Below are positions 36,771-48,700 of a stretch of 53,171 nt of DNA, piece after piece. Below the pieces are notes generated by a model. It saw nothing but the letters and a program-made list of their open reading frames with translations, ran no database searches and was not told the DNA's origin. The first letter of the stretch is position 1. Every line of letters begins with the position of its first letter. Location of the stretch: positions 1 through 53,171 of IMG/VR virus record IMGVR_UViG_3300032308_000975. One strand, written 5' to 3'. Source of the DNA: a virus. Lineage: Duplodnaviria > Caudoviricetes. The position numbers and the translations under genes are program-made.

Positions 36771-39700
36771 ATGGATAAAGATATTTTTCCAGAAAGTAAT
36801 ATTCCAGTACGTAGATCAAAAGATCTTCTGCCTGAAATTTTCAAGACAGAAAGTAATAATAAGTTTCTTGGAGGGTTAGTTGATCCTCTGATACAGCCCG
36901 GCGTACTAGACAAGAAAGTCGGATACGTTGGAAGAAGATATGGAAAAACATTTAGGTCTTCAGATGTTTATCTTGATAATGATCAAACATTAAGAAGCAG
37001 ATATCAATTAGAACCTGGCGTTATTGTAAGAAATGATGTCAATGTGGAAGGATTTTATGATTACATTGATTTTAAAAATCAATTAAAGTTTTTCGGTAAT
37101 ATCGAAGAGCGAGACGATCTAATTACCAGCCAGCATCATTATACTTGGAATCCTCCTATAGACTGGGACAAGTTAATAAATTATAGAGAATATTTTTGGG
37201 TACCGGACGGTCCTCCAGGAGTTAGGATACAAGGTCAATCTCAAAAAATCGTAAGCACATATAGGGTAACCTTGGGTGCTAATTCCTACATATTTTCTCC
37301 GGACGGACAAACTAATAATCCCACAATTACACTATATCGAGGACAGACTTATAAATTTAATCTTAATGTACCAGGAGATTTCTTTGTAATTCGTTCCAAT
37401 ATAGACACAGGTTCTTTAACATACAATCCTATCGTGGGATACCAAAAAGGACAAATAGTTCTATACGGGAATAATTTATATCAGGCACAGGGAAATGTTC
37501 CTATCGCCGGACTAAACGCACCTTTAGATACCACCAGCGGTATTTGGAAACTATTAGAAAATTTACAAGAACAAAAACAAGCTTTAGATTATGATCAAGG
37601 TGTGGTTAACAATCGTTCAGAGAAAGGCACTGTTATATTTGATGTTCCTTTTGATGCTCCCGATACCTTATTTTATCAAAGCTTGACTGATCCGAATAAA
37701 TTTGGTAAATTCGTCATTGATAGTGTAGAAAATAATACGAAAATAGATGTATCTAATGAAATATTAGGTAAAGCGGACTATCTCAGCAGCAACGGAGTAC
37801 AATTAAGCAACGGAATGATTCTAAGATTCGAAGGATTAGTTACTCCTGTAAAGTATGCTTCGGGTTCTTGGTTAGTTGAAGGTGTAGGAGAAGAAATAAC
37901 TTTAACAAAATTTTCTGATCTGTCAGTTTCACAATTATTAAGCACAATATCTCCAGAAATTTTATTTGACGACGGCGGATTTGATACTGCTCCGTTCGAT
38001 GATGCCGCGGCCTATCCTGCTGCTAAAGACTACATAACAATTTCAAAATCTAGCAAGGATTCAAATCCTTGGAGCCGTTATAACAGATGGTTTCATAGAT
38101 CGGTATTAGAATATTCGCATAATTTTAATAACAGCAATTTTGATTCGCCCGAATCGGCAAGAGCAAAAAGGCCGATTATAGAATTTAAACCTAATTTACA
38201 ACTATTCAATCATGGAGCTGTAGCCAAGCAAAGTGTGGATTATGTTGATGATTTTACTACAGATGTGTTTTCTTCTATTGAAGGCGCTGTTGGTTATAAT
38301 ATAGATAACGAAGAATTGTTCGAAGGTGCTCGATTATTAATTACAGCAGACACTGATAGATTAGTTAATAACAAAATTTATACAGTTAGATTTATAACAC
38401 ATAATAACCGTAGACAGATCTCGTTGATACCAACAGAAGATTCAGAAACGGCGCCGGGCGAATGCGTATTGGTACAAAGGGGTTTAACAAATAAAGGCCT
38501 AATGTTCAATTTTGATGGCACAAGATGGAACAAGAGTCAATTGAAAACAACAATTAACCAGGCTCCTTTATTTGATTTGTTCGACGAGAATGAAATAAGT
38601 TTTTCTAATGCGGAAACCTATCCTGTTAGTTCTTTCGCAGGATCGAAATTAGTATCCTATAAAACAGGTGTAGGACCTAACGATTCTGAATTAGGATTTC
38701 CTATCAGTTATCTTAACATAGACAATGTCGGTGACATTCAGTTTGATAATAATTTTGAACAAGATATTTTTACCTACAAAATTAATCGTGTAACTTTTTC
38801 TAAAAAGTTATCTTTGGGATATTTTAAACTTAATCTTGTTTCTGGGACACAATATTCTAATGGGTGGATTCCATTAGATAACACTTTTGTTCAGCCTATT
38901 ATCGAAACAGTAGTAGCAGAAGATTCAAACACCATAGAGTGCGATATTATAGATTGGGATGCCGTTAGTGATGAACAGATTAAAAAATTAGTAATTTACA
39001 AAAACGGTATTAGGTATGATGTGCCCTATACAAGAACAGTTAATCAATTTGTTTTTGAAAAAGATTTTGTTAAGGGCGATTCCGTAACATTTAGATTATA
39101 CGCCGACTTCGATCCAAAATTTGGTTATTATGAAATACCTATCGGATTAGAAAGGAACCCACTTAATAATGAAATTGACACATTTACACTAGGACAGGTC
39201 AATGATCACTTGTTGTCGGCTTTAGATTTATTTGACGATTTTGAAGGAATTTATCCAGGGCAAAATAACCTAAGAGATATATCCGGATATCAACCCTTAT
39301 GCAGAAGATTTGTGAAACATTCGGGATTATCTCCTTTAGCTATATTATTATTGTGCGACAAGCAGGTTAATATTATAAAGTCTATACAATATTCTAGACG
39401 GGAATACACAGATTTTAAAAATAATTTCATTAAATTATCAGATGAAAGATATACAGGACAAACTGTAGTTGAACTAGTAGATGAAATATTAGAAGAAATG
39501 GGCAGAGCTAGATCTGCTGCTAATTCTTTCTCTAATTCAGACATGGTAGGTAGCGGAGCCTATACAACCATAGAATATCAAGTAGAGGACGAGGGAATTA
39601 AAACATTTGCCTTGTCTTCTAAATTTGATTTGAATACATTGAGCAATAAAGCGGTTTATGTTTATATTAATGGTCAACAAATCTTACACGGTAGAGATTA

Positions 39701-42700
39701 TGAATTTAACTCTATATTCGGTTTTGTTAATATCAAAGCTTCTGTAATAGAAGGAGATAAAATCGAAATCCGTGAATATGTTACAACAGGATCTTCATTT
39801 ATTCCACCAACGCCTACTAAATTAGGGCTTTATAAAAAGTACACTCCAAGAAAATTCTTAGATGATACTTATAGAATTCCAAAAGAAGTTATTCAAGGAC
39901 ACGATGGCAGCATCACTATTGCCTACGGTGATTTTAGAGACGATGTTTTATTAGAATTAGAGCACAGGATTTATAATAACATCAAACAAGAGTATGATGA
40001 AACATTATTTGATATTGACGCAGTGCTTGGTGGATATTACGACACAGGACTATTCAATAAAAAACAAGTTGATAATATTGTCAACAGAGATTTCTTATCA
40101 TGGATATCAGGAACTACCACTGATTATGTAAACAATATCTATTTTGACAGCGAGGATAGCTATACCTATACCTATTCTAACATGACAAACATAGAGGGCA
40201 CGAAAGCCTTGCCAGGATACTGGAGAGGAGTGTACCAATGGTATTATGACACAGATCGACCACATCGTTGTCCTTGGGAAATGTTAGGTTTTTCGGAAAA
40301 ACCAGATTGGTGGGAAGAACAATACGGCGCTGCTCCTTACACTAGCGGCAACTTGCTATTATGGGAAGATATTAGAGACGGAATCATTCGTCAAGGCGCT
40401 AGATCGGGAACGTATCCTAGATATCAAAGACCTAGTATCCTAAGTCATTTACCAGTTGACGGTGACGGAAACTTGTTAAGTCCCTTAGATTCTGGATTGG
40501 CTGCGAATTTTTCTCTGATTAATAATCAAGGTAGATTTTTTCTAGGGGATGTTAGCCCTGCGGAATATGCTTGGAGATCAAGTTCTGAGTGGCCTTACTC
40601 GATATTGACAGTGCTTTGTTTGTTAAAGCCTTTCGAATTCCTAACAGATAATTTTATTAAATCATCGGTAAGAAATAATAAGCTAGGTCAAACAGTAGAC
40701 AAAACCAGCGGCCTCTTTACAAGAATAGAAGATATAACTAGAGATGATTTTGATCATCTCAAGAGTTCTGGTTTGTGTAGGTTCGTTATAGATTATTTGA
40801 AAGGTACTTCAACTCCAACATCTATTTTAGCTGATAAGATTAGTAGATTGGATGTAAATCTTTCTTATAGAATGTCGGGGTTCGTTGATCAACAACAGCA
40901 AAAATTTATATTAGATAGTAAAAATCCTAAATCGCAATCTAGCAGTATTTTTATTCCAGTAGAAAACTACGATATTATTTTTAATGTTAGTAGCCCTATC
41001 GGCAGCATAACATATAGTGGAGTTATAGTAGAAAAAATCGACAGAGGATTTAAGATGTCGGGATATGATGCCTTAGATCCGTTCTTTGAATATTATCAGC
41101 CAGTGGCGAGCCAGCAGGATCCTTTGATATCTATAGGAGGAGTCAGCGAAAATTTTGTTGAATGGAACGCAGAAAAATTTTATAACAACGGAGTAGTTTG
41201 TAGATATAATAGCAATTTTTATAGAGCACTTAAGAGCCATACCAGTGGAGATACTTTTGATTTATCAGCTTGGAAACAACTACCGGCTCTGCCAAAAGTA
41301 GGATCTATTGATGCTTTTAAGAGGAAAAATTTTAATAAAACTAAAACCAAGATTTTAGTTTATGGAGAAATATTACCGGATGTTCAATCAGTAGTAGATT
41401 TCTTTTTAGGATATGAAGAATTTTTAAAATCTAAAGGGCTAGTATTTGATGGATATAATATAGAGACACAAAGCCCCAAAGATTGGTTTACATCTGTAAA
41501 AGAGTTTATGTATTGGACCAAACATAATTGGGATGTTGGTTCACTGATTACTTTTAGTCCTATAGCCGATAGAATAGAGTTTAATATTCAAATAGGTGTA
41601 GCTGACAATCTTTTAGACAGCTTCTACGGGTATCAAGTTTTAAAGAATGACGGCCTGCCTCTTCGTCCTGAATTTATTAATGTTACTAGAGATTTTCAAA
41701 AATTAGTTGTCAGTACTACCAACACCAACAACGGGATTTATTTCTTTAAAGGGCATTTAGTTCTTAAAGAACATGTAACTGTATTTGATGATCGAACAGT
41801 TTTTAATGACGTAATATATGATAAACCTACAGGGTATCGACAAGAGCGTATCAAGAGTCGAGGGTTCCGCACAGTTGATTGGGACGGAGACTATACCAGT
41901 CCCGGATTCTTGTTTGATAATGTTAATATTGATGTTTGGCAACCCTTCACTGATTATAAATTAGGGGATATAGTTGCTTATAAATCTTTCTATTGGACGA
42001 GCCAGACTAATCAGTTAGGATCAGAAGAGTTTAACGATACACTATGGACCAAACTAGATTCCACACCGCAGAAAGGTTTGATCAGTAACTTTGATTATAG
42101 GATTAATCAGTTTGAAGATTATTACGAAGCAGATGCCGACGGAATAGGATCTAGCCAAAGAGATCTATCCAGACATTTGATAGGGTATCAATCTAGAGAT
42201 TATCTACAACAGCTAGCAGAAGATCAAGTTAGTCAGTTTAAGCTATATCAGGGATTTATCAGAGAAAAAGGTACGGCCAATGCTATAGTCAAAGTATTTG
42301 ACAAATTAAGTGAATCCTCAGACGACAGCATAGTGCTTAACGAGGAATGGGCATTCCAGGTTGGAAATTTTGGAGGCACTGACCAAACTACAAGATTTGA
42401 ATTTGAAATTAAAAAAGATGAGTTTGAAATTAATCCGCAGCCAATATTCATAACATTATCAGAATCGACCGGCCCCGAAGTAGATCAGTATGTAAGGATT
42501 CCATTTTCTAAGTTTACATTGTCTCCTAACCCTTTCACGACTAATTTAAATCCGGTATCGGAATATGACAAATTAAACAGATCTGCTGGATATGTTAGTT
42601 TCAACGATGTAGATTATACGATTAAGAATAGAGACGATTTATTAAACTTTGACATAAACACAGTCAAAGAAAACTCTTTGTTCTGGGTCACGTTTGACTT

Positions 42701-45700
42701 AAATTCGTGGACGGTGATCAAATATAATGAACCTCCCACATTGAGGATCATTTCAGTATCTGCAGTAGACGAAGCAAATAAAATTGCACGAATTACCTTT
42801 AATTCACTGCATACTATTGCTGTTGATGATATAATCGGTATTAGAGATGTATCCGAGCTCACAGGATTTAGAAAAGTGGTAGCTCGAGGAAAAACCTATG
42901 TTGATGTAAAATATACGGCAGTTAAGCCCGAAATGGAAGATAGTACATCTGCAGCTGTTGGAATATTTTCAGATGTACGATACACTTCTTATGACGACAT
43001 CGACGAAGAATATATCGCAGCATCCGGTAGCGGAACTAAATTTTGGATAGATGACAACAGCACCGGAAAATGGACAGTCATAGAAAAAGTTAGACAGTAC
43101 TCAAACATTGATTTAGTCAACTACGGAGTAACGAATCCTATAGGTCTGGGCTCGGCAGTTGTTTATATTGAAAACTTAAAACAGGTAGTAGCAAATTTAA
43201 CAGCCTCGGGTTATGTGTTAGTTTATACAGAAAGCACAGATTCGATGAGACTAAGACAGATTATTTCTCCTCCGTCGGGTTTCGAAGCCGCACTACTAGG
43301 CTGCTTCGGCGAAGTTTTAACAGTCAGTCCTGATTATAGGTTTTTAGTGATAGGATCTCCTCTGGCTAGCGGAGTAAACAGTAGATTTAGAGGAAATCTA
43401 AGATTAGATGTTCAGTATGTTCCAGACGACATAGTTTTCTATCAAGATAAAACCTGGAAAGCAGTTAACGATATTCCTAGTTATGACGGAAGCTCGATAG
43501 ATTTTGCTTCAGAAGATTGGACTCCCGCTACCATAATAGAAGCAGTTTCTAATGGAGTGGGTACAGGATTTGCCGAGCAGGGGATGGTATCTGTTTATCG
43601 TTATGCAGATAACAGATGGGAAAATACTGTAAACATTCTCAGCCCGAGACCGTCTCAGGGAGAACACTTCGGTAGTGATATATCTATAGGTGTTTCCGGC
43701 AGCACATATTACATGGCTGTGTCTGCTAAAGATTCTATGGGAGGAAAAGGCAGAGTATATCTATTCTATTACACTGGAACGGAATGGAAACAGTTAGAAA
43801 ATCCTAATTACGCTGGAATTTATTCTACAGTAGAAGCTGTACCATATCCCATCGGAACTATCGTATGGGATGAAGATTTTCTTTGGGAAGCAACAGCTAA
43901 TCAGCAAGGCGCAGCTACCAAACCTAGCGACAGCGTTAGCGGTTGGAAAAAATTAGATCCTGTATCTACAGATTGCTCTTTGCCTAATATAATTTCAGTA
44001 GCAGACGATGACGGTTCTACTTTGATGTCCGGTATATTAACAGCAGACCAATTAGCCGAAGCAGTTAAAGAAGGTGATCAGTTCGGATTCGAAACCGCTA
44101 TGAACTATGATGGTTCTATTTTAGTAGTAGGAACTCCTAACAGCGACGGGCAGTTTTACAATAATTACAAAGGTTTATACAAGTCTTATCAAGAATATAA
44201 ACATGGAGATGTGGTAAAATCTGATGACAACTATTATAGATTAGGATCACCCGATTCTACCGTAGATTCGACGAACGCCATAAAGGGAGTGGATCCAGCA
44301 TCAGGAGAACCTTGGTTTAATATCACAGATTCTACTCCTACAGGTCGTACAGGAAAAATTTATATCTATAAGAGAACTGGTTCTCTATTCTTGTTAAAAC
44401 AGATAATTACGGCAGATAACTTAGCAGACTATAGCGATTTACCAGCAGGTGATACAATAGAGATAGGAGATCTGTTTGGATATTCTGTTGATATAGATCC
44501 TTCAGGAGCAACGATAGCAGCCAGCGCCCCTAGAGCCGACCTCGGAGGTCAGACACAGGGAGTAGTTTACATATTTGAAACAGCTAGTACAGAAAGTATA
44601 GAATATAGATTAAAACAAAAGATACAAAGTTTTGAAGAATACAATAACGAATTCTTTGGATCAAAGATCAGAATCAGTCCAGGATTAGAAAAAATCGTAG
44701 TCGGTGCTAAGAATGCAGGATATACTCTGATCACAGGGTTTGAAGCAGGTACAACTTTTGATAGAAATAAAACAAGATTTTCAGATTCTCAAGGATATCC
44801 AGGACAGGTGTATGTTTATGAAAACAAAGCTGGAAAATATCTGCTAACAGAAAAACTTGAAACAGACTTTGTTCGTAATGAATCTTTTGGTTATACTTTA
44901 GACTGCACTAGATCTACGATAGTAGTAGGTTCACCTAACTATAAACTCGATAATGAACGAGTCGGAAAGGTAAGATTATTTAGAAAGGTGTCGGGTAGCA
45001 GTAGCCTTAAAACTTTAGCCACACAACAGCCTTTAATCAATATAGATCTGTTAAAAAATATTGAACTTTATAATATTGACGATCATACAAGAATAGCAGA
45101 ATTAGATATTGTTGATCATTTTAAATTAAAGATATTAAATGTAGCTGAACAAGAATTATCTTTCAAGGTACCTTATGATCCTGCTTTCTATGATAAAGGT
45201 ACAGAGGAAGTAACCGTTGATGCTTCTCAGCCTTGGTATGAAAAGAATGTAGGAAAATTGTGGTGGGATCTCAGCACAGTCAAATTTAACTATTACGAAC
45301 AAGGTGACGATGCCTATAAGATAGGCTATTGGAATTCGCAATCTATAGGATCCTCGGTGGATGTCTACGAATGGATCGAATCAGTATTGCTGCCCTCAGA
45401 ATGGTCTATCTTAGCAGATACTACAGAGGGATTAGCAGAAGGTATATCCGGACAGCCGAAATATCCCAACAATTCAGTTTACAATACTAAACAAATTTTT
45501 AATCCTAATACTGGACAAGAAGTTGGGACCAAATATTATTATTGGGTAAAAAATAAAACCACTTTACCTTCTTTCGAATTAGGAAGAAGAATGCCGGCTG
45601 CTTCTGTAGCAGATATGATTAATAATCCAATTGGTTCAAATATTCCGTTTATTTCAATCATAGCTGCTGATAAATTTTTAGCTTATAATATTAGAAACAT

Positions 45701-48700
45701 TTTGACAACAGATAGAACTCTATTAAATGTTGAATATAATAAGGATCCTTCAAAATTAAATTTAGCACATAATGAATATCAGCTGCTTACTGAGGGAGTT
45801 TCTTCGAGCAATCCTACAGAGTATTTAGAAAGGAAATGGATTGACAGTTTAATAGGGTTCGACGAGGCAGGAAATTCAGTACCAGATCCTAAATTAGCTG
45901 AAAATCAAAAATACGGTTTACGTTTTAGACCTAGACAAAGTATGTTTGTTGATAGGATCAAAGCGATAAAGATAGTGATCGACCGTGCCAATAATATATT
46001 GGCCAGCAAACCGTTTTCTGATCTAATAGATCTTTCAAATTTTAATTCTAAAGATCCTTTACCGTCAAAACCTTTAAATGCTTTTGACTTTGAAGTAGAC
46101 GATTATGTTGATCTACTTCAAGTTGGAGTTGTGAGAGTAAAACAAGCGGTGTTTAGGGCTAATATAATTAATGGAAAAATTGATACCATAGACATTGTAG
46201 ATCCGGGTTTTGGTTATAGAAATGCTCCTTTTATAGAAATTGAAGGAACAGGATCGGGAGCTACAGCAGAAATAACCGTAGACGCTCAGGGAAGAGTTAA
46301 TTCTATTACTGTTACTAACAAGGGCAGAAAATACACCTTCGCTAATATTAAAATCAGACCTTTCTCTGTACAGGTTATTTCGGACTCCACAGCCGACGGA
46401 AGATGGAGTATCTATTCTTGGGATCAACAGAGGAAAATATTTTACAGAAGTAAATCTCAGGCCTATGACGTTTCTAGATATTGGTATTATATAGATTGGT
46501 GGAAAGATGGATATGATGAGGATTCTCGTATCGTAAAAGAAATCAATAATTTTTACGAAGAAAGCTACTATATTATCAAAGAAGGGGATCTATTACGTGT
46601 AAAAGAATATGCCAGCGGCGGATGGGCGGTATTTAAGAAAACAGCTCCAGGACAGGGAGAAGTGTCCGGAGACTATCAATTAGTAGGCAGACAAAATGGT
46701 ACTCTGCAGATCTCCTCTTCAGTATACGATACAAGCTCTGCTGCTATAGGATTCGATAATGTAGGAACATTCGATTCTGATCTGTACGATCTTCAGCCAG
46801 CTAGGGAATTGAGAATATTATTGAAAGCGATCAAAGAAGATCTTTGTGTAGAAGATCTTGCTGTAGAATGGAATAATATGTTTTTTGCCTCAATAAGATA
46901 TTCATATTCAGAACAGGATTTTATAGACTGGGCATTCAAAACTAGCTTTGTCAGCGCAGTGCATAATGTCGGGCCATTATCTCAACCTGTAAATTATACT
47001 AATGATAATCTTTTAGCATACCAAACATATATCGAAGAAGTAAAACCTTTTAGAACAACAATTAGAGAATATACCAGCAGGTATACAAAGATAGAAGGAA
47101 CAGGGTCTGCCGTATCGGATTTTGATTTACCGGCCGATTATTCGACAGCAGCCGAACTGATACTACCGATAAGGGGCTCGTTTGATAAGACTGGTCAGTA
47201 CCCCTGGCAGTATTGGTATGATAACAATGGTTATTCGATCGTGAGAATCGATGTATCTGATGCCGGCGGAGACTATACTAACCCACCTAAAGTATTGATA
47301 GAGGGCGACGGAACAGGTGCTACTGCCCGAGCATTCGTATCTAGCCAGAGGGTATCGGGCATAGAAGTTTTAACTGCAGGCGAAGGATATAAAACTACTC
47401 CAACAATTTATCTAGTTGGCGGAAACGGGACTTCGACCCGGATCGCTAAAGCAGTTGCCATTCTGGGCGATACCAAAGTTCGATCATTCAATGTTGGAAT
47501 GAAATTTGATAGAATAAGCAAATCAGGAATATTCCAAAACTTCCAACAAACCCAAACATTTGTAGCTACGGGATTAACATCTGTATTTGATTTAAATTAT
47601 CCTCCTACAAGAAATAAAGATAGAATATCAATTAAGAAAAATAATCAAACGGTCCTGAACAGCGATTATAATATATCACTGTTTAGTGTTTATAACGATG
47701 CTTATACTGTACCTAAAGGTAGATTAATTTTTAATTCATCACCGATAGCCGGAGATGTTATAGAAATAACCTACGACAAGAATACCTTAATACTAGATAG
47801 CGTAAACAGAATAGATAGATTCTATGCTCCTATGCCGGGGATGAAAGGCAAGGAAAAGAATCAACTTATGACAGGTATTGATTTTGGTGGAGTACAAATA
47901 CAGGGTACAACATTTGATGTTACCGGGGGCTGGGATGCTCTTCCTTGGTACGTGGACAGTTGGGACAGCGTAGAGTCTAGCGCAGATTATTATTACATCG
48001 CCGACGGCAGTACCACATTTATCGTGTTACCGTTTACACCTAAAGAAGGTGAAATATGGACTATCTACCTTAAGAGGTTATCCGAAAGTAGACCTACAAG
48101 GATCGATGATCCTTATTGGGGAAAGTATGACGGGTCAACAGTACAGCCCAACGGCAGAGTAACTGCTCCTAAAAATGCTCGCATGCCGACAATAATAGGG
48201 GACGGTTCTACTAATGTCGTAGAGCTACGGGATTCTGTAACAGATTTAGCATATGTTGAAGTTGATGCTGGAGATACATTAATATTTAGACCAGTTGAAA
48301 GCGACGGATCTGTTGTTATCACAGATGTTAATCTTTTAGATACACGTATTAGTGGGGGATCTTTATCAGCAGCAGCAGGTGCTTATCAAACAGCCACTGG
48401 TTTAACTCCCGAGGAAATAATAATTTCCGGTGATAAGTTTATCAGTCCGGATCAGGTTCCTGCTCCTGAAGAAAACGTTCCTGGACAAATACTCGACAGT
48501 TTAAGCATCAAAGTCTTTAATTTAACTAATGAAGCTGGTATACCTTTACAATCTAAAGTTGTAAGGAGTGATGGAAATACATTAAGGTATGATATTGGAT
48601 TAAAAGTTATAGAAAACAATTCAGTTGCTGTTTATGTTAATAAAATTAAACAGGAACAGAATGTAGATTATGAAGTTGATTTGGCAACCGACACTGTGCT